DNA of 64,000 bases from an uncultured Opitutaceae bacterium (GTDB lineage Bacteria > Verrucomicrobiota > Verrucomicrobiia > Opitutales > Opitutaceae). The position numbers and the translations under genes were made by a program. Below the pieces are notes generated by a model. The model was not told the DNA's origin, ran no database searches, and saw only the letters and a list, made by a program, of their open reading frames with translations. Below, piece by piece: positions 11,077 through 19,542 of the stretch (its first letter is position 1; every line of letters starts with the position of its first letter). Where the stretch lies: contig CAYPXZ010000016.1 in assembly GCA_964414785.1 (NCBI GenBank), positions 677 through 64,676 on the forward strand, in the 5' to 3' direction.

Positions 11077-12129
11077 GTGACTGTTGCTGATACAAAAGAC
11101 TCCTGCAGGGGCCCCGTCCTGGTCACCGGGGGGACCGGCTTCCTGGGGCGGCGTATCGTCGAGAGGCTGATTTCCCAGGGACGCGAGGTCTCCGTGGCGG
11201 GCCGCACGCCGGCCCCCGATTTGGAGGCCCGCGGCGTGAGGTTCATCCGCGTGGCCCTCGAGGACGCAGAGGGGATCCGCGCGGCGTGCAGCGGGATGGA
11301 GGCCGTCTACCACGTCGCCGCGAAGGTCGGCGTCTGGGGTCACCGCTCGGATTTCTTCACGGCCAACGTGCTCGGGACCCGGGCCGTGATCGACGGTTGC
11401 AAGGTCCACGGGGTCCGAAGGCTCGTGCACACGAGCACGCCGAGCGTCGTCTACAACGGGCGCGACCTCGCTGGGGCGGACGAGTCGCTCTCCTTGACGA
11501 CCCGGTGCCCGAGCCCCTATCCCCTGACCAAGGCGCAGGCCGAGGCCGAGGTGATCCGCGCCCACGGCGTCGTGCTCAAAACCGTGGCGCTTAGGCCCCA
11601 CCTGATCTGGGGTCCCGGGGATCCGCACTTGGTGCCGAGGATCCTCTCGCGGGCCGGCGCCGGCCGCCTGCGGATCGTCGGGGGCGGCAGGAACCGGGTC
11701 GACATGGTCCACGTCGAGAACGCGGCGGACGCCCACATCGCCGCGGAGAGGGCCCTGGCCGCAAAGGGCTGCCCGGCCGGCGGTCGCGCCTATTTCATCA
11801 CAAACGGCGAACCCGTGGTCCTGTGGGACTGGATCAACTCGCTGCTCGCCGGTCTCGGCCGGCCGCCCGTCACGGGGAGGATCCCCCTCTGGGCGGCCTC
11901 CGCGATCGGGGGCGCGTGCGAGGCCGTCTGGAGCGTGATCCCGCTCCCGGGCGAACCCCCGATGACCCGCTTCGTCGCAGCCGAGCTGGCGAGCGACCAC
12001 TGGTTCGACATCTCCGCCGCCAGGCGCGACCTCGGCTACGCCCCCCGCTTGGGGATGGCCCAGGGGACGTCCGAGCTTGTCGAGTGGCTGCTCAACCGGC
12101 CGAACCCGGGGGCCCTGAGGACTCCCTAG
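11077..12129 (+). CDS. oleD: NAD(P)-dependent 3-beta-hydroxysteroid dehydrogenase/epimerase family reductase, OleD-like
   Basis: VLVTGGTGFLG Rossmann motif, then VALRPHLIWGPGDPHLVPRILSRAGAGRLRIVG, AYFITNGEP and PGEPPMTRF...HWFDISAARRDLGY, as in OleD-type reductases. It lies directly after the oleC-like gene. Confidence 0.7.
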   Translation: MTVADTKDSCRGPVLVTGGTGFLGRRIVERLISQGREVSVAGRTPAPDLEARGVRFIRVALEDAEGIRAACSGMEAVYHVAAKVGVWGHRSDFFTANVLGTRAVIDGCKVHGVRRLVHTSTPSVVYNGRDLAGADESLSLTTRCPSPYPLTKAQAEAEVIRAHGVVLKTVALRPHLIWGPGDPHLVPRILSRAGAGRLRIVGGGRNRVDMVHVENAADAHIAAERALAAKGCPAGGRAYFITNGEPVVLWDWINSLLAGLGRPPVTGRIPLWAASAIGGACEAVWSVIPLPGEPPMTRFVAAELASDHWFDISAARRDLGYAPRLGMAQGTSELVEWLLNRPNPGALRTP

Positions 12130-12935
12130 CGGGAGGCGCCCCGCTGCCTGACGGCCTCAAAGAGAGTGATCAGCGCGGCCATCGCCACGTTGAGCGAGTC
12201 CGCCTGGCCCGCCATGGGAATCCTGACGGGCAGGTCCGCGTTCTTGAGCCAGAATTCGCTCAGGCCGTACTGCTCGCTGCCCATGATGATCGCGAGCGGG
12301 CCGCGCAGGTCGCTGTCGGAATAGAGGGCTGCTGCAGCGGGGGTCGTGGCGACGGTCCTGATCCCGCGCCCCTTGAGCCAGGCGAGGACCGCCTCGCTCG
12401 CCTCGACCACGCACGGGACCGAGAACAGGACGCCGGTGGACGCCCGGACGACGTTCGGGTTGAACAGGTCGGTCACCGGGTCGCAGACGACGACGGCGTC
12501 GCAGCCGGCGGCGTCGGCGCTCCTGAGGATGGTGCCGAGGTTGCCGGGCTTTTCGATCGCCTCGACGACGAGGATGAAGGGGTTCTCGGGGAGCGCGAGG
12601 TCGGCCAGCGCCCGCCGCCACTGCGGCGCGACCGCGAGGATCCCGTCGGGGCGCTCCCGGTAGGCCACCTTGGCGAACGCGTCCTTGGACAGCTCGAAGA
12701 CGGCGGCGCCGGAAGCCTCGGCCTGCGCGATGAGCGAGGGCTCGTTCGTGCCGAGGAACCAGTCGCGGCAGAAATACAGCTCGTCGAGTGCCACCTTCTT
12801 CTCGAGCGCGCGGCGCACCTCGCGGTAGCCCTCCACCAGGAATTTGCGCTCCTCGTCGCGCGGTCGGCGGTCGCGAAGCCGCACAAGCCGCTTCAACCGC
12901 GGGTTCTGGAGGCTGGTGATTATCTCGACGGGCAT
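12126..12935 (-). CDS. TrmH/SpoU-family RNA 2'-O-methyltransferase
   Basis: IEKPGNLGTILRSADAAG and IPMAGQADSLNVAMA SpoU motifs. I prefer the start at MPVEII (12935), which avoids overlap with the divergent gene. Confidence 0.85.
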   Translation of the reverse strand: MPVEIITSLQNPRLKRLVRLRDRRPRDEERKFLVEGYREVRRALEKKVALDELYFCRDWFLGTNEPSLIAQAEASGAAVFELSKDAFAKVAYRERPDGILAVAPQWRRALADLALPENPFILVVEAIEKPGNLGTILRSADAAGCDAVVVCDPVTDLFNPNVVRASTGVLFSVPCVVEASEAVLAWLKGRGIRTVATTPAAAALYSDSDLRGPLAIIMGSEQYGLSEFWLKNADLPVRIPMAGQADSLNVAMAALITLFEAVRQRGASR

Positions 12936-12963
12936 CGCCCTATTTGAATTGTAGGGTGCTTCC

Positions 12964-14229
12964 GTGTCGAAAAAGAAAAGATTCAACGAGAGGCCGTTCG
13001 CCTACCACCAGGAGATCGAGGTCCCGATATCCACGCTCACCAACCTGGGGCTGGGCCTGGGCCGTGTTCCCCTGGAGGGGGCGGAGGGCGACCGGAAATG
13101 GGTGGTCATGGTGGCCTTTGCGCTCCCCGGGGAGCGGGTTCGCGCGAGGGTCTACCGCAACCACGCGAACTACTCGGAGGCCGACCTCATCGAGGTCCTC
13201 GAGGCCTCGCCCTACCGGATCGAGCCCAAGTGCCCGCTTTTCGGCTCCTGCGGAGGCTGCCAGTACCAGAACCTGCGCTATGAGGAGCAGCTCGAGTGGA
13301 AGCGCAGGCAGGTGGCTGAGCTGGTGGAGCACATGGCCGGGCTTACGCTGGCGGTCTCTCCGGTCGTCCCGTCGCCGCGCCCGTTCGGCTACCGCTCGAA
13401 GATAACCCCCCACTTCAACGCGAGCCGCGAGGGCCGCGAGATGGCGATCGGCTTCCTGCGCCAGGGCAACCGCTTCGACATCGTGGACGTCCCCCGCTGC
13501 GAGATCGCGACCGAGGCGATCAACGAGAGGCTGGGCGCCGCGAGGGCCGAGATCCTTCGCGAGGCCGGGGAGGCCGGGTTTGAGCGGGGTTCGACCCTGC
13601 TCCTGCGGGACGCCGGCGGGACGGTGACCTCGCGGCACGAGGACAAGGTCACCGAGGAGGTGCCGCTCGGGGCCGACGGGACCCTGCGCCTGTCCTTCCT
13701 CGCCCGCGACTTCTTCCAGAACAACCCCTTTATCCTGCCGGCGTTCGCCTGCTACGTGCGCGACCAGGCCCACGCCGCCGGTGCGCGGTTCCTCGTGGAC
13801 GCGTACTGCGGGAGCGGGCTCTTCGCCCTCGCGTCGGCGCGCGCCTTCGAGCGCGTCGCCGGTGTCGAGGTGAGCGAGTCGTCGGTTGCCTTCGCCCGCG
13901 AGAATGCGGCGGCGAACGGGATCACCAACGCGTCCTTCACTGCCGGGGACGCCTCCAGCATCTTCTCGGGACTTGATTTCCCAGGCGCGGAGACGGCTGT
14001 CGTCATCGACCCCCCGCGCAAGGGCTGCGACGAGTCATTCCTCAGGCAGCTCTTCGCGTTCCGGCCCCGCTCGGTCGTCTACGTGAGCTGCGACCCTGCG
14101 ACCCAGATGCGCGACCTGAAGGGGTTCCTTGCGGCGGGCTACACGGCCACGGCCGTCCAGCCCTTCGACCTCTTCCCCCAGACCCGCCACCTGGAGTGCG
14201 TGATCACGCTCGTGGCGCCGGGAGTTTGA
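12964..14229 (+). CDS. TRAM-domain 23S rRNA (uracil-5)-methyltransferase RlmD/RumA-like
   Basis: N-terminal TRAM-like region, Fe-S cysteines CPLFGSCGGCQYQ, and class I SAM MTase motifs (VDAYCGSGLFAL, DPPRKG). Confidence 0.85.
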   Translation: MSKKKRFNERPFAYHQEIEVPISTLTNLGLGLGRVPLEGAEGDRKWVVMVAFALPGERVRARVYRNHANYSEADLIEVLEASPYRIEPKCPLFGSCGGCQYQNLRYEEQLEWKRRQVAELVEHMAGLTLAVSPVVPSPRPFGYRSKITPHFNASREGREMAIGFLRQGNRFDIVDVPRCEIATEAINERLGAARAEILREAGEAGFERGSTLLLRDAGGTVTSRHEDKVTEEVPLGADGTLRLSFLARDFFQNNPFILPAFACYVRDQAHAAGARFLVDAYCGSGLFALASARAFERVAGVEVSESSVAFARENAAANGITNASFTAGDASSIFSGLDFPGAETAVVIDPPRKGCDESFLRQLFAFRPRSVVYVSCDPATQMRDLKGFLAAGYTATAVQPFDLFPQTRHLECVITLVAPGV

Positions 14230-14256
14230 ATCCCGGATCCACCTTTGGGCCCGCCC

Positions 14257-14908
14257 TTAGATTTCGAGTTCCCTATCCCTGCCGTCCCGCGACGGCGGAG
14301 GAATGGTTGGAGGCTCAGGCGCACGGTAGGGTTGGCGCGATAGTTCAACCGAGATTTGGCGACTCAAAAGCTCGATGTTCGCTATGACAGGCGCCCTATC
14401 TCCCACGAAATCAACCAATGCCTCGGTGGCACGACTCCGAAACTGGTCGGGCTGGATCAGGCCGGCGCCCGCCAGTGCAAGAATGTCCTCTCGATCCTGT
14501 GGCGAATAGCGCGAAACCTTCGTCACAGCGAGGTCGACTGGCGACAGAACGAAAAGATGGATCTTCCGTCGTTCATTTCCGATTCCAACCCATTCCACGG
14601 CATCGTGCGCATAAGACTCGTGCAGGAGGCCGGACGTGGGATTGTAGTTGTTGTCCAGGTAGAGAAAGGACGGGTTTCCGTCCTTGTGCAGATAGTTCAC
14701 CTCGAAGGGACCCAAATGCACGCGGCGGGTGTAGAAGGCATCGACGTCCTCCGTATATCGTGTACCGCAATAGAAATTAACAGCCATACCGCCAGCCAGG
14801 TACATGGTGATGGGGGGGGCCGTCAAAGCCACCACGCCGGATGGAGGAATCCATCTGGTCGAGAAGCTGGCCAAGTGCGTGCGAAAGCTCAGGAAAGGCT
14901 TTGTTCAT
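14257..14908 (-). pseudogene. Nucleotidyltransferase-fold protein (AbiEii/DUF6036-like), reading frame interrupted at a C8 homopolymer
   Basis: The ATG at 14908 opens MNKAFPELSHALGQLLDQMDSSIRRGGFDGPP and then runs out of frame. The remainder (ITMYLAGGMAVNFYCGTRYTEDVDAF..., a GG-X-DxD NTase signature) continues in another frame (ORF 14257..14874). Removing one C from the C8 run fuses the two frames exactly. Confidence 0.7.
14812..14819. repeat. G8 (coding-strand C8) homopolymer at the frameshift point
   Basis: Read directly: ...gtgatGGGGGGGGccgtc... Confidence 0.95.
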
Positions 14909-15185
14909 GAGCAAGCCTCGCTTGGAGACGTCCGCGGAATCGGCTGGGGTCAAAGCCTGTCGATCGCGCCATCTCACTGAAGTGACCCACGCTTCCGCGA
15001 TGCAGCCGTTCAGCAATATTCAGGAGCTCGCGCCGGTGGCCGAACCATGCCGTGTTAGCCAAATAAAGAGCAATGGTCGCCTTGTGATCGCGAGACACCG
15101 GCAGCTCCAGCCACGGAGAAAGCATGAAATGCGCCTTCTGTTGGACGCAAAACTCAAGCAACTGGTCTTCTAGATCGCGCTTCAT
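14889..15185 (-). CDS. Small protein of unknown function, putative cognate partner (antitoxin-like) of the NTase
   Basis: 98 aa. Its stop overlaps the ATG of the downstream NTase gene by about 20 nt (operonic coupling). It shares the same low-GC islet. I recognise no family motif. Confidence 0.5.
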   Translation of the reverse strand: MKRDLEDQLLEFCVQQKAHFMLSPWLELPVSRDHKATIALYLANTAWFGHRRELLNIAERLHRGSVGHFSEMARSTGFDPSRFRGRLQARLAHEQSLS

Positions 15186-15534
15186 GGTATGGGTCTGAAC
15201 TCAACCGATGCTTATCTTCGCCCGAGGTCTCAGGCGACAAAAATGGTGGATACGTCTTTCCTTTGGGCGGAGCCAAGTTTACGACGAGCAAATTGTCGAA
15301 TCTGGCGCGACGGTGGGGTTTGACTTCGGTGGTCCACGACAAAGTAGAAGGAAATCTTGTCGGCAGGGGCCATTTAGGTTCCCCAGAAGCCGGATCCTAA
15401 CGGGTAACTCGCCGATTTGCGGCGGGGATCACTCTGAGAATAAAACAAGCACGAAGGGCAATGAGGGACATGCCCGGAATCAAGAAGCGCGACATCGCGA
15501 TACCGAAGGCGGCATACGCGGACCAAGACCGGCG

Positions 15535-17043
15535 CTATCTGCCGCTCTTTCCTTGGCTCTCCCAGTCGCACCGCCACACGGAGACGTCGTCGATCGCCCC
15601 GACCTTGGTCCACGCGCACGGCAGCCGCTTCAGCGCGTCCAGCTCGAACGGGAAGAGCACGGCGTAGAGAGCCCGCTTCTCCGACTGGACGGAGGCGCGG
15701 ATGCGCGCTGCAACCGGCGGGGTGATCTGGTCGTGGCGCAGGAGCGTGAAGCCCGTGAAGTAATAAAGGGCGCCGCTCGCCTGCGACACCATCAGGACGG
15801 AATCCCCCGGGACGTGGGATTCGAGCCAGCGCGAGACGCGCCCGTACTTGCGCTCGCCGTGGCCGATGGCCCACGCCTCGCGCAGCGGCCGGGTCTGGCT
15901 CACCTCGACGCCGACGGCGGCCGCGAGGACGAGGGCGGGCAGCAGCACCGCCCAGGCTGGGGACCGACCGGCCACTCCCCGGCTGAGCCAATGCCACAGG
16001 GCCGCCAGGCCGCCCACGATGAGGGCCGGGGCCGCGGGCAACACGAAGCGCAGGAACCACCACTGCTCGTGCGTCCAGCGGTATGCCGAGTAGAAGGCGA
16101 GGAACGCCGCGGCCCACGACAGGAGGACGGCGGCGACCCGCGCCGGGGTGCGGGACGGCGCGAGGATCAGCGGCGCGAAGGCGACCACGGGGCTCAGGAG
16201 GAGCGGCAGCCAGCGTGCATAGAAAGCCAGCGTTCCCGCCACGAGGTCCGAGTGGAACTCGCCTCCCAGGGCCCCGTACCCGCTCTGCAGCGCGTCGCCG
16301 TAGGCCACGTGGTTGATCGCCATCCACGCGGCGATGCCTGGCATCGAGCCGAGGGCGACAAGAAGCAGGCGCCGCGGCGAGAGACCGGCCGCGATCAGGA
16401 CCGGGAGCGCGACTAGGAAGTTCGAGGGCCTTATCAGGAAGCCGACCGTGATGCAGGCGCCCGAGGCGAGCGCCCAGCCCGAGCGGTCGCGGCTCTTGAG
16501 CGCGGCGGCGATCGCGGCGGTCGCCCACACGGTAGCGGGCACGTCGCTGAGCGCCTGGAGTGAGGTGATCAGGTAGATGGGGCTGGCCGCCAGGATCGCG
16601 GCCGCAACGAGGGACCACGGGCCCGGCAGCCCGCAGAGGCGCCCGAGCGCAAACGTGAGCGCTATCCCTGCGAGGGAATGGACCAGGAGCAGGAAGTCGC
16701 CGGCATGCTGCCAGCCGATCACGCGGGCCGCCGGGACCAGGAGGAGGGGGAGCCCCGGGGGGTAAGTGGGCACGAGTTGCGAGGCATCCCCGGACGAAGG
16801 CTTGAATCCCAGCGGGACGTAGAGGTACGGAACGTCGGCCGGCGGGATCGCCGCGAGGGTCCTCATGGGCGTGTGGACCCTTCCCCGGGCGAAAAGGCGC
16901 GCCTCGTTGAAGTAGCCTGAGTTGTCGGAGCCTCCGGGCACCGCGCCGATCAGGATGTAGAGCAGGACCGCGTAGGCCGCGAGCCCGGCAGCCAGACCCA
17001 GCAGGGGGGCCGACAGCAAGCGTGGGGGCGGGGAGGAGGCCAC
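15535..17043 (-). CDS. Polytopic membrane protein, GT-C fold glycosyltransferase-like (family 39/83, ArnT/PMT-type)
   Basis: 502 aa with about 11-12 hydrophobic segments, a large first loop and a soluble C-terminal domain. The assignment rests on overall architecture only. Confidence 0.5.
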   Translation of the reverse strand: MASSPPPRLLSAPLLGLAAGLAAYAVLLYILIGAVPGGSDNSGYFNEARLFARGRVHTPMRTLAAIPPADVPYLYVPLGFKPSSGDASQLVPTYPPGLPLLLVPAARVIGWQHAGDFLLLVHSLAGIALTFALGRLCGLPGPWSLVAAAILAASPIYLITSLQALSDVPATVWATAAIAAALKSRDRSGWALASGACITVGFLIRPSNFLVALPVLIAAGLSPRRLLLVALGSMPGIAAWMAINHVAYGDALQSGYGALGGEFHSDLVAGTLAFYARWLPLLLSPVVAFAPLILAPSRTPARVAAVLLSWAAAFLAFYSAYRWTHEQWWFLRFVLPAAPALIVGGLAALWHWLSRGVAGRSPAWAVLLPALVLAAAVGVEVSQTRPLREAWAIGHGERKYGRVSRWLESHVPGDSVLMVSQASGALYYFTGFTLLRHDQITPPVAARIRASVQSEKRALYAVLFPFELDALKRLPCAWTKVGAIDDVSVWRCDWESQGKSGR

Positions 17044-17049
17044 GGGTCG

Positions 17050-19530
17050 TCAGTACGTGTCGGCGAGCGAGCGGCGGGTGAGGGACTTGCGCAGCATGTC
17101 CGGCGTCACTCGGTCGGCGAAGTCGACTTCCACCTCCTTCGTCTCGCCCGGGTAGAGATCGAAGAAGTTGTCGCTGGAGGTGAACGACTGCCCGGCGAAG
17201 TCGAACTCGAACCGGTGCTGGTACACGGGCGACGTGAACCTGACGAGCGCATAGCGGGGCGCCTTCACCCGGAACGAGACCTTCGTCCTCGGCCTGGGAA
17301 GGCTCATGAAACGGGGGAGCGTGAGGAGGGCGGTGCCCTCGCTGACGCGCCTTCGGCCGACGTCGAGCGCCACCCTCAGGTAGATCGAGTCCCGGCCGAA
17401 CTCGGCGATCGGACCGGCCAGGTCGAGCGTCTTCTGGCGGACGCTTCGCATGGGCCGCAGCACCACCTTCTTGCTCCCGCTCAGGAGCACCCGGCCGTCG
17501 AGGTGGAAGAGGTCCCAGCGCACGACGCCCCTGGCCATGCGCGGGCCGTCGTAGCTCGTGTGGACGTGGACGCGCTGCACGGTCGAGCTCCTGTAGTTGT
17601 TGGTCGTGAAGACCTCATCCCCGGGGACGTGGGCGCTCACGAGCGCGGGCGCGAAGAACCGCCTCGCGGCGTGGTGGAGCGCCCTCCAGCGCCCCGTGAA
17701 CTCGATCGAGCTCCACGAGGCGACGGGCCAGCAGTCGTTCAGCTGCCAGTAGAGGGCCCCCATGCACTGGGGCATGTTGCGCCTGTAGTGCTCGGTCCCC
17801 GTCTGCACGCAGTGGACCTGGTTCAGCTGGGAAAGGTAGATGAGCGACGCCTGGTCCTTCGGGAAGCGGTACCGCCGGGACACGTAGTCGAGGATGACCT
17901 GGTTGCCCCCCTTGTTCTTCTGGTGGTCCTCCATCACGGTCCCGAAGATGTTGCCGTCGCTCGCCGGGCAGAACGTCGCCTGCGTCGGGAGCGAATTGTA
18001 GCTCTGCATCCCGAACTCGGAGGCGAACCGGAAATTCCACCGCTCGTAGTCCTTCACGGGGTTTCGCCCGTGCCAGACGTCCCAGAAGTGCGTGTCGCCC
18101 CGGGCCTCGCCCGCCGGGTGGCCCGTGTCCTCGTCGCCCCTCCAGGGGGACGAGGGCCAGTAGGGGGTCGCTCCGCCGAGGCGCTCCACGACCTCAGGGA
18201 GCGCCTCGTGGAAGAGCCGCTCGTAGTCGCCCCTCAGACCCTTCTTCTTCGGGTCCATGAGCTCGTGGGCGTTGATGCCCCACACCTCGTTGTTGCCGCA
18301 CCAGAGCGCCAGGCAGGACCGGTGCCGGAGGCGGCGCACCTGGTACTCCGCCTCCTGCCTCGAGCTGTCGATGAACGCCTTGTCGCCGGGGTAGAGGGTG
18401 CAGGCGAACATGAAGTCCTGCCAGACGAGCAGGCCCAGCTCGTCGCACAGGTCGTAAAAGTCCTCCGACTCGTAGATCCCGCCCCCCCAGACGCGCACCA
18501 TGTTCATGTTCGCGGCGACCGCCGCCTCGAGGTCGCGCGCGTAGGCCCCCCGGGGCAGGCCCGCGACGAAGGAGTGCGCGGGGATCCAGTTCGCGCCCTT
18601 GGCAAAGAGTGCGCGGCCGTTCACCAGGAATTGGAACGAGGTCCCCCATTTGTCCCTGTGCTGGTCAAGCGAGACGGTCCTCAGGCCGATCCTGCGCCTC
18701 CACGAGCCGACCGGCGAGCCGTCGGAGCCCGCGACATCCACCTCAAGGTCGTAGAGCGGCTGGCCGCCCTGGCCGCTCGGCCACCACAGGCTGGGTTCGC
18801 GGACGACGGCGCTCGGGCCCGTGCCCGAGAGGACCGCCTTGGGCCCGAGCCCAAGGCGCCACGAGATGGTGGCGCTCCCGTCGGGACGAAGGAGCTCGGG
18901 CCGGATCGAGAGCGTCACGCTCCCGTCCGGCGCGTGGGCCTGGGAAACCCCGACATCCACGAGCCGGTTGCCGCTCCAGCCCTCCAGGCGGATGTCGCGC
19001 CAGATTCCCGCCGTCACGAACCGCGGGCCCCAGTCCCAGCCGAACTGGCACTGCTCCTTGCGGATCGCCGTGCAGCCGCCCACCGGGTCGTTGATCTCCC
19101 GCGGGCGGTGGGAGGTCCTGTGGGTGCGGATGTGGCGGGTCGCGCTGGCGAAGCGGATGGTGAGCGTGTTTTTTCCCGCGCGCAGGAGCGGCCTCACGTC
19201 CCAGCGGTAGCCGATGAACATGTTCTCGGTGCTCGCCACCCGCCTGCCGTTCACGCGCACGGTCGCGACGGTGTCGAGGCCGTCCGCGACGAGGTCGATT
19301 GCCTCCTCACCGAGGAGCGCAAGGTCGGCGTCAAAGTCCGCCGTGTACTCCCAGTCCCGCTCGTCGATCCACTGCAGTCCGGCCTCGTTGGTCCCCCAGA
19401 ACGGGTCGGGGATCTCGCCGGCGCGGAGCAAGTCGGTGTGGACGCACCCGGGCACGGTCGCCGGGAGCCACCTGGTGCCCGAGCAGTCCCTGAATCTCCA
19501 TGGTGATGCGCCGAGCGGAATGACTCTCAT
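17050..19530 (-). CDS. Glycoside hydrolase family 2 beta-mannosidase
   Basis: 826 aa with LWWPSGQGGQPLY, GANWIP, CGNNEVWG and QLNDCWPVASWSSIE blocks typical of GH2 beta-mannosidases. Confidence 0.85.
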   Translation of the reverse strand: MRVIPLGASPWRFRDCSGTRWLPATVPGCVHTDLLRAGEIPDPFWGTNEAGLQWIDERDWEYTADFDADLALLGEEAIDLVADGLDTVATVRVNGRRVASTENMFIGYRWDVRPLLRAGKNTLTIRFASATRHIRTHRTSHRPREINDPVGGCTAIRKEQCQFGWDWGPRFVTAGIWRDIRLEGWSGNRLVDVGVSQAHAPDGSVTLSIRPELLRPDGSATISWRLGLGPKAVLSGTGPSAVVREPSLWWPSGQGGQPLYDLEVDVAGSDGSPVGSWRRRIGLRTVSLDQHRDKWGTSFQFLVNGRALFAKGANWIPAHSFVAGLPRGAYARDLEAAVAANMNMVRVWGGGIYESEDFYDLCDELGLLVWQDFMFACTLYPGDKAFIDSSRQEAEYQVRRLRHRSCLALWCGNNEVWGINAHELMDPKKKGLRGDYERLFHEALPEVVERLGGATPYWPSSPWRGDEDTGHPAGEARGDTHFWDVWHGRNPVKDYERWNFRFASEFGMQSYNSLPTQATFCPASDGNIFGTVMEDHQKNKGGNQVILDYVSRRYRFPKDQASLIYLSQLNQVHCVQTGTEHYRRNMPQCMGALYWQLNDCWPVASWSSIEFTGRWRALHHAARRFFAPALVSAHVPGDEVFTTNNYRSSTVQRVHVHTSYDGPRMARGVVRWDLFHLDGRVLLSGSKKVVLRPMRSVRQKTLDLAGPIAEFGRDSIYLRVALDVGRRRVSEGTALLTLPRFMSLPRPRTKVSFRVKAPRYALVRFTSPVYQHRFEFDFAGQSFTSSDNFFDLYPGETKEVEVDFADRVTPDMLRKSLTRRSLADTY

Positions 19531-19542
19531 GCGGGGCCGCGG

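Noticed and set aside
8202-12000. Minus-strand ORFs 8202-9455, 8987-10990 and 10909-12000, and plus-strand frame-shifted ORFs 9364-10587 and 11823-12947.
   Set aside because: They overlap the well-supported rnd, oleC-like, oleD-like and trmH-family genes. They have no motifs and are shadow ORFs.
15186-15534. A tRNA gene or att-site remnant flanking the low-GC islet. The stretch ttgtcgaatctggcgcgac looked faintly T-loop-like.
   Set aside because: No cloverleaf can be drawn. The stems do not pair, there is no acceptor/CCA context, and I saw no direct repeat at the other islet border.
17215-19506. 763-aa plus-strand ORF.
   Set aside because: It is antisense to the GH2 beta-mannosidase, which carries the family blocks. 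The translation is low-complexity.
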